DNA of 64,000 bases from an uncultured candidate division Zixibacteria bacterium (GTDB lineage: Bacteria; Zixibacteria; MSB-5A5; GN15; FEB-12). Shown one piece after another: positions 42,223 through 51,569 of this stretch. The stretch covers positions 864,001 through 928,000 of the forward strand of contig CAWDXE010000001.1 in the NCBI GenBank assembly GCA_963806185.1, given 5' to 3'. Position 1 is the first letter of the stretch, and each line of letters starts with the position of its first letter. The position numbers were made by a program, and so were the translations under genes. Under the pieces are notes generated by a model, which had not been told where the DNA came from, did no database searches, and was given only the letters and a program-made list of their open reading frames with translations.

Positions 42223-43641
42223 CTAAGCTGTTGCGCGCGCGGTTTGTCGGATTATCTCCCACGCCGCGGTTACATCGGACTCTGTTACGTGCGTCTGGCT
42301 GATCACCATGCGAAGGGTGTAGGCGCCGCGCAGTTTCGTGTGAGTCAGATAGAGTTTGCCGGTAGCATTGAGCGCCGCGAGCAGGCGTTCGTTGTGCGCG
42401 TTGAGTACCTCCGGATCGTCCATCCCCTTCGGATGATGACGGAAACAGACCAGCGTGAATGGCGTCGGCGCCAGTAATTCAAAATCCCCGGCCGCCTCGA
42501 GCCAGCCCCGAAATTTCTGCGCCAGCGCAAGATGGGCGCGAAAGATCGCCTGCAGCCCCTCTACCCCATAGGTGCGAATCACGAACCAGAGTTTAAGGGC
42601 GCGAAAACGCCGTCCGAGCTGAATTCCCCAGTCGCGATAGTTGTTCACCCGGCTGCCCTCGGCGGTCTTGAGATATTCCGGGAGCACTTCAAAGGTACGG
42701 ATGAGGGCTGCCTTGTCGCGAATGTAATAGGCCGAGCAGTCGAAGTTGGTGAGCATCCCTTTGTGCGGGTTAAACACGAAGGTATCGACATACTCGATCC
42801 CGTCGAGATACTGCCGCATTTCCGGCAGAAGCAGACAGGTGCCGGCGTAGGCGGCGTCGACATGCAGGAAGATCTTGTGCTTGCGGCAGATTTCGCCGAT
42901 AGCCCGCAGGGGGTCCACAGCGGTGGAGCTGGTGGTGCCGATAGTGGCGACGGCACAGAGCGGCGTGAAGCCATGCTCGATGTCGCGCATGATGACTTTC
43001 TCGAGCAGGTCGGCGCGAAGAGCGAAGTTGTGATCGACTTCGATCTTGCGAAGAGAGTCGCGGCCGAGGCCGGCGATCTTGACCGCCTTTTCGATCGACG
43101 AGTGGGTTTCGCTCGAACAATACACGGTATAGCGTGGACGGCCAGATAGGCCGTGCTCATTAATCTGAAAATCCGAGTGCCTCTCCCTCGCCGTGACAAT
43201 GGCGCAAAGCGTGGCGGTGGAGGCGGTGTCCTGAATGACGCCGGTGAATTCGTCGGGCAGTCCGATCATCTGGCGAAGCCACTGCATGACCCGTTCTTCG
43301 AGTTCGGCAGCGGCGGGCGACGTCTGCCAGATCATGCATTGCGGCGCGAGAGTGGCGGTCAGCATTTCGGCGAGCACCGACGGCGCGCTGGAATTAGCCG
43401 GGAAATAGGCGAAGAACGACGGGTGCTGCCAGTGGGTGATGCCGGGCATGATGATGTGTTCGAAGTCGGCGAAGATTGTTTCGAACGGCTCTCCCCCGAG
43501 CGGCGGATTGGCTGGAAGCTGATTGATAACGTCCTTCGGCTGGACTTGCGACTTGACCGGATACTGGCGGACGTTTTTCAGGTAGTCGGCCATCCAGTCG
43601 ACCAGCTCGTGAGCATGTTTACGAAACTCCTCGTGGTCCAT
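42223..43641 (-). CDS. Aromatic-L-amino-acid decarboxylase family protein
   Basis: PGITHWQHPSFFAYF, LHVDAAYAG, FNPHK, LGRRFRALKLW. Confidence 0.93.
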   Translation of the reverse strand: MDHEEFRKHAHELVDWMADYLKNVRQYPVKSQVQPKDVINQLPANPPLGGEPFETIFADFEHIIMPGITHWQHPSFFAYFPANSSAPSVLAEMLTATLAPQCMIWQTSPAAAELEERVMQWLRQMIGLPDEFTGVIQDTASTATLCAIVTARERHSDFQINEHGLSGRPRYTVYCSSETHSSIEKAVKIAGLGRDSLRKIEVDHNFALRADLLEKVIMRDIEHGFTPLCAVATIGTTSSTAVDPLRAIGEICRKHKIFLHVDAAYAGTCLLLPEMRQYLDGIEYVDTFVFNPHKGMLTNFDCSAYYIRDKAALIRTFEVLPEYLKTAEGSRVNNYRDWGIQLGRRFRALKLWFVIRTYGVEGLQAIFRAHLALAQKFRGWLEAAGDFELLAPTPFTLVCFRHHPKGMDDPEVLNAHNERLLAALNATGKLYLTHTKLRGAYTLRMVISQTHVTESDVTAAWEIIRQTARATA

Positions 43642-44045
43642 AGTCGGAAGATAGCAGGAGTAAACTGGTTGCGCATCGGAGAAAATTATTTATCCCGATT
43701 TTGTCCTAATTACGCGGAGAGTCGCGAAGATCGGGCAGGCGACGATGTAGGGTTGGAAAGATGTTGCTCAAAATGGAGTCCGTGTATACTATTCTCTTAA
43801 GGCACAATTCCACAGCTGAATCCTAATTGCGCACACGGCGATCGAGCGGCATTTGACCTCTCTATGATCTGTGGTGTGACCACTTAGCTAATTTGACATC
43901 AAAACGATGATCCGCTGCGCGCAATGCGTGGGGGATGAACGATATCACACGTAATAGTCTCTGACCATTGCAGAATACTGCCATCAGCAATAACGGGATG
44001 ACGGCTGACTGTGATCGACGTCAAGGACGCGTTGGAGGTAGTTCT

Positions 44046-46496
44046 ATGGTGAAGAAGTGGGTTGCCGCCGTGACCGTGGTGCTTTTGAGTGCTGTATGGC
44101 TGTTTCCGATTGCAGCTAGCCGGGCCTCGGAGAGCACTCAATCAGGCGACGTGGTGAAGCAATGGCAAGAGCGGTACGCAGTGTGGTCAACGGGGGGGAG
44201 TATTGAAACCACCAAACAGGCGTCAACTGCTGCTCAACCGATGGTACCGAATGCGCATGTCAGTTTCGCCGCTCCGCCCGGCGAAGATCATAATGCGGCA
44301 GTATCGTTGAGTGAAACCACGCCGGGCGAGGTGTACAGCGTTTACTCCGAGTTCCAGGGACCCGGATTTGTCCCCAAAATTCTGGGAAGCGCGTTTTCGC
44401 CAGGGGGCGGTGTGCCGGGTTCATGGATATCTCTCGGACCGGTGCCGCCTACTCCGCCGTACTCGGATCAATGGAATCCGAGCATCAGTTCCCACCCGAT
44501 GGGTGGATTTCTGGCGGCGTCAACCGGCCACCTTATGCCGCCGTATCTCGGTCCAGCGGGCATCCTGGTGACCATCAGCGGAGGCGGTGGCGCGCCGTTT
44601 GTGATGTCGCCGGCTGCGCCGTTGATGGTCAACGTGCCGGGCGCGACCTGGGTGGATTTCCCCGTTCTGAAGATGGATGATATTGTGGGGAATCCGGCTC
44701 CCGGCTTTGGATCAGTTCACGTAGCGTGGGTACAGTACATGGATGGGGATGGCGATCCGGCCGGGGATGGAAACCTGTTTAACGATCCGGCCGACGTATT
44801 CAACATCCGTTACGCGTACTCGAATACGCTAGGTGGAGGAATCCCGTTCCCGGCCTTTTCTGCACCGGTGATACTCAACGCGGTGCCGGGTCCACTGCCG
44901 GTTAAGGTGTTTGACCATCAGGCACACCGGCCGTCGTTAGCGGTGGTCGGTCCGATGCCAAGCATGCCGCCGGTAGCTGCTCCTCCGGGAGCGGTATATA
45001 TCGCATGGATAGGCGCCAATATGATCTGGTTGGATGCCTCTGTCGCCCCGGCGGCGGGCGCTCCGTGGGGCTTGCTCACGGGCGGTGCAGGACCACTGCC
45101 GCTATTTCCGTTGCCGGCCATATTGCCGCCGGTCCGCAATTCTCCTATCAAGGTCTCGCAAGAGGTCGGCCTGGCGTTTGATCGCGGGCCGATGTTTCCG
45201 GGAGCGCTGTACCTGACGTGGGCGGATATATCGAACGGCGATGCCGACATTTTCTTCGCCCGTAGTTTCAACGGGGGCACGGTGTGGTCGGTGCCGATTC
45301 GCGTCAATCAGGATCCGATAGGCAACGGACTGGATCAGTGGGGGCCGCAGATCGATGTCCACCCGGTAACGGGTGAAATCCGCATTACGTACTATGATCG
45401 TCGCCTTGACCCGGCGAATACGAGGATTCAGACCTGGGCGTCGAGTTCGATGAACGGCGGCATCAACTGGGCAGATAACATCTTGAGTTCAATTGGGCCG
45501 ATCGCCCCGGTGAGCACGCAGATTCTGGCTGTTCCTGTGCCCAATCTGAAGGTGATCGGTGATTACCTGGGAACGGACGTCAACGCGATCAACGGCTGGG
45601 CGCATATCTGGAATGACGGTCGTAATGGCGGCGATCAGGATGTGTATTATGAGTACAAGCTCTTGGTGGATACTGACGGCGACGGTATTCCGGATGTGAT
45701 GGATAATTGTCCGACTGTGCCGAATCCGCTTCAGACCGATGCGGATGCCGACGGTATCGGCGACGTGTGCGACAACTGCCCGACCGTCATAAATCCGACG
45801 CAGATCGATGCGGACGGCGACACCTTCGGTGATGCCTGCGACAATTGCCCGACGGTTATCAATCCCGGCCAGGGGGACGCCGACCTTGACGGCATAGGCG
45901 ATGCCTGCGACAACTGTCCGAAGGCATCGAATCCGCTGCAGACGGATACGGATGGTGACACCTGGGGTGATGCCTGCGACAATTGCCCGACCGTCTCAAA
46001 CCCGCTGCAGACGGACACTGATGGTGATACGTTCGGCGACGCCTGCGACAATTGTCCGACAGTAGCGAACCCGTCGCAGACAGACACCGACGGCGACGGC
46101 TTCGGCGACGGCTGCGACAACTGTATGGTCATCTTCAATCCGGGTCAGGCGGACGGCGACGCCGACGGTGTTGGTGATCCGTGCGACAATTGTCCGACCG
46201 TTTGGAATCCGGCCCAGATTGACACGGACGGCGACGGGTTGGGTGACGCCTGCGATCCGTGCTGTGTGGGTACGGTTGGCAATGTCGACTGCGATCTGCT
46301 CGACGGGGTCGATATCGGCGACCTGACGACCCTGATCGACAACCTATTTATCAGTTTCAATCCGCTGTGCTGCAAAGCAGAGGCAAATTGCGACGGTGAT
46401 TCAGGTTGCAGTATCGATATTGGCGATTTAACGGCGCTGATTGACAACTTGTTTGTTAACTTCACGGCGCTGCCGAGCTGCGGTTTCTGCCCATGA
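44046..46496 (+). CDS. Secreted protein: Pro/Gly-rich sialidase-like (BNR) region, thrombospondin type-3 repeats, C-terminal dockerin-like domain
   Basis: Signal peptide; SFNGGTVW and SMNGGINW Asp boxes; IGDY; DNCP repeats; DIGDL twice. Confidence 0.85.
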   Translation: MVKKWVAAVTVVLLSAVWLFPIAASRASESTQSGDVVKQWQERYAVWSTGGSIETTKQASTAAQPMVPNAHVSFAAPPGEDHNAAVSLSETTPGEVYSVYSEFQGPGFVPKILGSAFSPGGGVPGSWISLGPVPPTPPYSDQWNPSISSHPMGGFLAASTGHLMPPYLGPAGILVTISGGGGAPFVMSPAAPLMVNVPGATWVDFPVLKMDDIVGNPAPGFGSVHVAWVQYMDGDGDPAGDGNLFNDPADVFNIRYAYSNTLGGGIPFPAFSAPVILNAVPGPLPVKVFDHQAHRPSLAVVGPMPSMPPVAAPPGAVYIAWIGANMIWLDASVAPAAGAPWGLLTGGAGPLPLFPLPAILPPVRNSPIKVSQEVGLAFDRGPMFPGALYLTWADISNGDADIFFARSFNGGTVWSVPIRVNQDPIGNGLDQWGPQIDVHPVTGEIRITYYDRRLDPANTRIQTWASSSMNGGINWADNILSSIGPIAPVSTQILAVPVPNLKVIGDYLGTDVNAINGWAHIWNDGRNGGDQDVYYEYKLLVDTDGDGIPDVMDNCPTVPNPLQTDADADGIGDVCDNCPTVINPTQIDADGDTFGDACDNCPTVINPGQGDADLDGIGDACDNCPKASNPLQTDTDGDTWGDACDNCPTVSNPLQTDTDGDTFGDACDNCPTVANPSQTDTDGDGFGDGCDNCMVIFNPGQADGDADGVGDPCDNCPTVWNPAQIDTDGDGLGDACDPCCVGTVGNVDCDLLDGVDIGDLTTLIDNLFISFNPLCCKAEANCDGDSGCSIDIGDLTALIDNLFVNFTALPSCGFCP
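45702..46253 (+). repeat. Eight 69-bp coding tandem repeats (TSP type-3 Ca-binding)
   Basis: DNCPTVxNPxQxDxDxDxxGDAC x8. Confidence 0.9.
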
Positions 46497-46524
46497 TGCA
46501 AGGGCGCCAATTTCGGTAGAGAGA

Positions 46525-46552
46525 GAAAGCCGCTCCGCGAGGGGCGGCTTTC
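46525..46552 (+). terminator. Probable intrinsic terminator
   Basis: GAAAGCCGCTCC-GCGA-GGGGCGGCTTTC. Confidence 0.7.
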
Positions 46553-46635
46553 GGCTGCTTGTCCGGCAATGGCACGATACTCCAATTGGGAATCTTGCTT
46601 GCCAAAAGCCGACGGTAAATGTTTCTTGGACAGAT

Positions 46636-47472
46636 ATGATCCACAAACGAACATTGATGTGTGTTCTGGCCCACCCGGATGATGAATCGCTGGGAACGGG
46701 CGGAACGGTGGCAAAGTATGCCGCCGAAGGGGTGGCGGTTCACCTGGTCTGCGCCACGCGCGGCGAACGAGGCAGGTATTTTGACGCCACGGAGAAACCA
46801 CCGATGGAGGTGATTGGTCAGACCCGCGAGGCGGAATTGCTTGCGGCAGCGCGAGAGCTGGGTATCGGCGAAGTGAGCTTTCTTGATTATATCGACGGCG
46901 ATCTGGACAGGGCCGAGCCTCACGAGGCAATCGCCAGAATCGTGACGCACATCCGTCGCGTCCGGCCGCAAGTCGTGATTACGTTCGGGCCGGAAGGGGG
47001 GTATGGTCATCCCGACCATATCGCCATTTGCCAGTTCACGACGGCAGCCTGCGTCTGCGCCGCGCAGGCCGGTTATGAGCCGGAGTTGGGTGAACGGACG
47101 TCGCCGCACGCGGTGCAGAAATTGTACTACATGCAGTTCTCGGTGAAGAAAACTGAAGCATACAAGGCGGCTTTTCGCGACCTGCGCACCACCATTGACG
47201 GCGTGGAACGTCGCTTTGACGGGGTTCCCGACTGGCAATTGACTACCCGGATTGATACCAGCGCCTACTGGCCGCAGGTCTGGCGGGCTATCCAGTGCCA
47301 TCAGACGCAGCTATCGATATACACCAAGCTGACGTCACTTCCGGAGGAGCATCATCAGTATCTGTGGGGAACGCAGGAGTACTACCGGACCTACAGTCTG
47401 GTGAACGGCGGGCGGGACAAAGAACGGGACTTGTTTGAGGGGGTACAGAGCCGATCGAAATCGGCCCTGTAG
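46636..47472 (+). CDS. PIG-L/MshB-family deacetylase
   Basis: AHPDDE, TRGE, GGYGHPDH, HQTQ. Confidence 0.92.
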   Translation: MIHKRTLMCVLAHPDDESLGTGGTVAKYAAEGVAVHLVCATRGERGRYFDATEKPPMEVIGQTREAELLAAARELGIGEVSFLDYIDGDLDRAEPHEAIARIVTHIRRVRPQVVITFGPEGGYGHPDHIAICQFTTAACVCAAQAGYEPELGERTSPHAVQKLYYMQFSVKKTEAYKAAFRDLRTTIDGVERRFDGVPDWQLTTRIDTSAYWPQVWRAIQCHQTQLSIYTKLTSLPEEHHQYLWGTQEYYRTYSLVNGGRDKERDLFEGVQSRSKSAL

Positions 47473-47492
47473 CATCTCAGTATCCGGTGTGC

Positions 47493-48233
47493 TCAGATAC
47501 TGACAGTAAGCACGAGGTGCGCCACTTCCTGACACGGATTGAGAATAAAGGTGGCCGCAACCGGCAACTCCAGTTCGGCTGAGAATTTCATCTTCTTTGT
47601 GCCCTTCACGCCGACATTGATGATCTGAGCGTCATCGGTGCCGTAATAGCCGGGATTCTCCGAACTTCCGCCCGTGCCTCCGATGAATATTCCCATGTCG
47701 ATATCTTTCACTGTGAACGGGTAGTCCAGTTGAAAGTAGGTGTTGTTGCCGGCGTCGTTGTAAATATTGACGTAGCCGGACAGAGTCAACGGAAGTTGAG
47801 TCGGACCGGTGTACGACAGGCCGGTTTCAAGCAGGTGCGCCCCGGCACCGTCGGGGTTGTCATAGTTGTTGAAATTGAAAACTCTGATACCGGCAGTCGG
47901 GAAGTAGTAATCAACGATAGTGGCAGTGAGACTGCCGGATCGGCCCAGGTGAATAGTGTACCCCGCCCAGGTATCGACTTCTTCGAAGTCCGAAGAATAC
48001 GATCCCCAGAATCCAAACTGGAGATTCCCCAATTGAAATTCCAAGGACGGCTGAAGGGAGACGGCGTCACCGAAATCGAGGCCGCGCCAATTATAACGGG
48101 AGACGATGTCGGCCCCGACTGCCGAAGTCACGCCTTGTGCCGCGGCCGTGTTAACAAGCATCACGATTGGAATCACCATCAGTAACGGTAGAATCAAGCA
48201 CTTTGCAACTTGCGTCATATCATCTTCCCTCAT
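47493..48233 (-). CDS. Putative outer-membrane beta-barrel (TorF/Gcw_chp-like) coupled to amtB
   Basis: Signal peptide, VSRYNWRG, alternating beta strands, terminal VSI; start overlaps the amtB stop. Confidence 0.65.
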   Translation of the reverse strand: MREDDMTQVAKCLILPLLMVIPIVMLVNTAAAQGVTSAVGADIVSRYNWRGLDFGDAVSLQPSLEFQLGNLQFGFWGSYSSDFEEVDTWAGYTIHLGRSGSLTATIVDYYFPTAGIRVFNFNNYDNPDGAGAHLLETGLSYTGPTQLPLTLSGYVNIYNDAGNNTYFQLDYPFTVKDIDMGIFIGGTGGSSENPGYYGTDDAQIINVGVKGTKKMKFSAELELPVAATFILNPCQEVAHLVLTVSI

Positions 48234-49465
48234 TACAATCTGAGACCAGATTCTTCCTGATATGCCTTTTCACCGTGAAGGGAGCTGTCAAGCCCAGCCT
48301 CTTCCTCGTCGACAGTTGTTCGCACTCGCGTAACGAGATTAATCAGGACCAACATCAGGTAAGTGAAACCGAACGCATATATTGAAGAGCCAACAACAGC
48401 CATGAGCTGCTTCACAAAGAAAGAGCTGTTCCCTGCAAGAAGGCCATCCGCACCGGCGGGATTGACGGCCGTACTCGCCATCAGGCCAAGCAGGATGACA
48501 CCGATGGCACCGCCGACGCCGTGCACGCCCCAAACGTCGAGGGCATCATCCCACTTCAGATAGTTTTTCAAATTGACGGCGAAGTAACAGACGACACCCG
48601 CAATGATTCCGATGATCGCCGCGCTGGTGGGCGTAACGTACCCGGCGCAGGGGGTAATGGTCGCGAGTCCGGCAACGGCGCCGGTGAGCAGGCCAAGGAA
48701 TTTCGGTTTCTTCTCGAAAATCCAGGCGAGCAGCATCCAGGTCGGACCGGCAAACGAGGCGGCAATATCGGTATTCAGAAAGGCGACACCGGTGACAGCG
48801 TCGACTTTGAGCTGACTGCCGGCGTTGAAGCCGTACCAGCCGAACCAGAGCAGGCCGGTGCCAAGAGCGACAAGAGGGATGCTGTGAGGCACAGAATCGC
48901 CGACCTTTCGTCGCCCAACGTACAACACGGAGGCCAGGGCGGCCATACCGGCGATGTTGTGAACGACAATACCACCGGCAAAATCGAGCACGCCCCATTT
49001 GGCAAGCAACCCGTTGCCCCAGACCATATGCACGAACGGGAAGTAAACAAAGGTCAGCCATCCGACCAGGAAAAGCAGATAAGCGCTGAAGCGAATGCGG
49101 TTGGAGAAGGCGCCGGTGATCAGGGCGGGAGTGATGATGGCGAACATCATCTGATAGGCCATGAACACAAATTCCGGAATGTTTCCTGTCCCGAAGGGCG
49201 AAACAGTATTGAGGGTGACACCGATCATGAAGATCTTGTCGAAGTTGCCGATCAGGCCGCCCTCGCCGCCGCTGAAGCAGAGCGAGTAGCCGTAGGCCCA
49301 CCAGATGATGGTGGTGAGGCCCATCGACACGAAACTCTGGATCATGATGGTGAGCACGTTCTTGCGACCGACGAGGCCGCCATAAAAGAAGGCGAGGCCG
49401 GGTGTCATGAGCATCACCAAGCTGGTCGCCACCAGCATGAAGCCGGTATTGCCGCTATCAAACAT
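48233..49465 (-). CDS. amtB: Ammonium transporter
   Basis: LMTPGLAFFYGG, YQMMFAIIT, DFAGGIVVH, LWFGWYGFN, DDALDVWGVHG (twin His intact). Confidence 0.96.
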   Translation of the reverse strand: MFDSGNTGFMLVATSLVMLMTPGLAFFYGGLVGRKNVLTIMIQSFVSMGLTTIIWWAYGYSLCFSGGEGGLIGNFDKIFMIGVTLNTVSPFGTGNIPEFVFMAYQMMFAIITPALITGAFSNRIRFSAYLLFLVGWLTFVYFPFVHMVWGNGLLAKWGVLDFAGGIVVHNIAGMAALASVLYVGRRKVGDSVPHSIPLVALGTGLLWFGWYGFNAGSQLKVDAVTGVAFLNTDIAASFAGPTWMLLAWIFEKKPKFLGLLTGAVAGLATITPCAGYVTPTSAAIIGIIAGVVCYFAVNLKNYLKWDDALDVWGVHGVGGAIGVILLGLMASTAVNPAGADGLLAGNSSFFVKQLMAVVGSSIYAFGFTYLMLVLINLVTRVRTTVDEEEAGLDSSLHGEKAYQEESGLRL

Positions 49466-49549
49466 GAGTTTCCTCCTGTGGCACGGCACGGTCCGAGCCG
49501 CGCCCATGCATGTTCAAGGAAGGTAGTTTGGCTCTGCGTGATTCGACAA

Positions 49550-49588
49550 TCAGGGAAATCCCGAAAGGAGCGTAGGAATTTCCTTACG
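49550..49588. promoter_or_regulatory. Two tandem imperfect palindromes upstream of amtB (putative response-regulator sites)
   Basis: TCAGGGAAATCCCGA and CGTAGGAATTTCCTTACG, centres about 22 bp apart. Confidence 0.5.
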
Positions 49589-49612
49589 CAAAAAGCGGAT
49601 GGAGTTGGTAGT

Positions 49613-50266
49613 CTAATCGACGGAGATTATCTTCTCGCGTATGGCGTATTGGGTCAATTCGGCGACACTGTGCAGGTTGAGCTTATCCATAATATTCTTG
49701 CGATGAGCTTCAATTGTCTTGGCACTGAGATTGAGGCGGGCGGCGGCTTCCTTTGTATTCTTCCCTTCGGCGATCAGTTGGAGTACCTCACGCTCGCGAC
49801 TGCTGAGCACCAAAGCGGAGCCGGTCCGGGCTTGATCGGCGATCGCCACGTAATCGTTGACGAGAAGTCCGGCCACGCGACTGGAGAGGTAAACTTCACC
49901 CGCGACTACGGCTTTGATCCCGGAGACCAGTTCTCCCATTGCCGAGTCTTTCAATAGATAGCCGCGGGCGCCTGCTTTGATAGATTCGGTGACAAACTTT
50001 TGATCGGAGTGCATGGAAAGTATCATCACTTTGCAGCGGACGCCCTCCTGCTGAAAACGGCGGAGCACCTCGATCCCGTTCAAGCCGGGCATGGAGATGT
50101 CGAGCAGGATGATATCAGGGGCGCATTCCCGGGCCAGCGCCAGCGCCGACTGACCATCGATTGCTTCGCCCACAACCTCGAATCCACCATGCTGTTCGAG
50201 AATCGATTTCAGGCCGGCGCGAAAGAGCTGGTGGTCATCGGCCACCATGATCCGAATGTTACTCAT
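49613..50266 (-). CDS. NarL/LuxR-family response regulator
   Basis: ADDH, LLDISMP, GYLLK, LSSREREVL...KTIEAHRKNIM. Confidence 0.95.
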   Translation of the reverse strand: MSNIRIMVADDHQLFRAGLKSILEQHGGFEVVGEAIDGQSALALARECAPDIILLDISMPGLNGIEVLRRFQQEGVRCKVMILSMHSDQKFVTESIKAGARGYLLKDSAMGELVSGIKAVVAGEVYLSSRVAGLLVNDYVAIADQARTGSALVLSSREREVLQLIAEGKNTKEAAARLNLSAKTIEAHRKNIMDKLNLHSVAELTQYAIREKIISVD

Positions 50267-51440
50267 GGCGAACCACCTTCGCTAATGGGACGGTGAGACA
50301 AATGGCAGCACCCTTGCCGACCGAGGAACTGATGGTCATGTCGCCGCCGAGGAGGCGCATCCGTTCCCGAACACTGAAGAGACCAAACTTGCCGCTCCGG
50401 GCAAGGGAAGCCATAACGGCAGGTGCGTCGAAGCCGCGGCCGTCGTCGGTGATAGTAATGCTGATTTGCGCATCGTCGCCGTGCACAGTGATAGTGGCGG
50501 TTTTGGCATCGGCGTGACGAACGGTATTGGCGAGGATTTCCTTTACGGACTTGAACAGGACAACGGCCTGCTCGGCAGGGACGGTTCCGGGAAAAGCGGA
50601 CGAATTCACCGTCACGTGCAATTTGTGAGTCCGGGCAAGTCTTTCGGCGAGCCACTCGAGAGCGGCAATGAGGCCAAATTCATACAGAACAGGAGGGCTG
50701 ATTTCGAGGGTGAGAGATCGCGTGTAACCGATCGTCTGGTCGAGCAGCGCAACCACCTCACCGAGGGCATCCTCGAAGCCGCAAAACACGGCATTTCCCT
50801 GAAGCTGCGAAATGCGCAGTTTCGTGAACGCGAGCGCCTGGCCCACGTGATCGTGCAGGTCGCCGGCGATTTCACGCCGTTCACGCGCTTCGGACAACGA
50901 CAGCTCCAGGGTCAGTCGCTGCAGTTGTTCCTGATACTGCCTGATCTGCGCGGCGGCGCGGCGCTGTTCCTCGACCTGCTCGCGGAGCGTGATGTTGGCC
51001 TGCTCCAGTTCATGCGTGCGGTCTTTGACCAGTTGTTCGAGATTAGCGCGCGCGTTGACAAGTGATTCGTCGGCCTGGCGATGTTGCAGGTGTGCGCGGA
51101 GCATCTCAGCCAATGAGTCGATCAGATTGCGCTCTTCGGCCAGAAATGGTCCCTCGGCAAGGGTGGGCCGCGCTTCCAGATAGCAGATTTCGATTTCGCC
51201 CGCCTTGCTATTGTCGACCGGGAAGGTGGCCGCCTGGCGCCACTCTGTTCGGCGGAAGTTAGACGTGGAAACAACCAGGCCGTCGAACTCGATTCTTGCC
51301 GCAGTGACGCCGGGGTATTGCCAGGCCTCGGGGAGAAACTCGACGAGTTCCTTCAGAAGATCAGGCAGTTGCCGGAGGTGGTTTTGCAGCAGACGAGCCG
51401 TGCGATGGAGCGCGGTCAATTCCTTGACGCGTTCGCGCAA
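50259..51440 (-). CDS. Soluble HisKA_3-type sensor histidine kinase with a GAF-like N-terminus (start uncertain)
   Basis: ERREIAGDLHDHVGQ, EILANTVRHA, DDGRGF, GLFSVRER; no TM segment. Confidence 0.9.
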   Translation of the reverse strand: MRERVKELTALHRTARLLQNHLRQLPDLLKELVEFLPEAWQYPGVTAARIEFDGLVVSTSNFRRTEWRQAATFPVDNSKAGEIEICYLEARPTLAEGPFLAEERNLIDSLAEMLRAHLQHRQADESLVNARANLEQLVKDRTHELEQANITLREQVEEQRRAAAQIRQYQEQLQRLTLELSLSEARERREIAGDLHDHVGQALAFTKLRISQLQGNAVFCGFEDALGEVVALLDQTIGYTRSLTLEISPPVLYEFGLIAALEWLAERLARTHKLHVTVNSSAFPGTVPAEQAVVLFKSVKEILANTVRHADAKTATITVHGDDAQISITITDDGRGFDAPAVMASLARSGKFGLFSVRERMRLLGGDMTISSSVGKGAAICLTVPLAKVVRHE

Positions 51441-51569
51441 GTTGTATTGCGCTTGATCATTGGAAGAACCGAGTGGATCGCTCGTACCGCCTCCAGCACC
51501 ATCATGTCAGTCGTTCACTACTCGCAAACATACCATGCGATCGCCGACTTTGCAACTCGCACCGGTTGA

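Noticed and set aside
45702..46253. Regularly spaced repeats resembling a CRISPR array
   Set aside because: In-frame 69-bp coding TSP3 repeats with synonymous variation; no unique spacers
48521..49957. 478-aa ORF on the + strand
   Set aside because: Antisense shadow of amtB and the response regulator in high-GC DNA; no recognisable motifs
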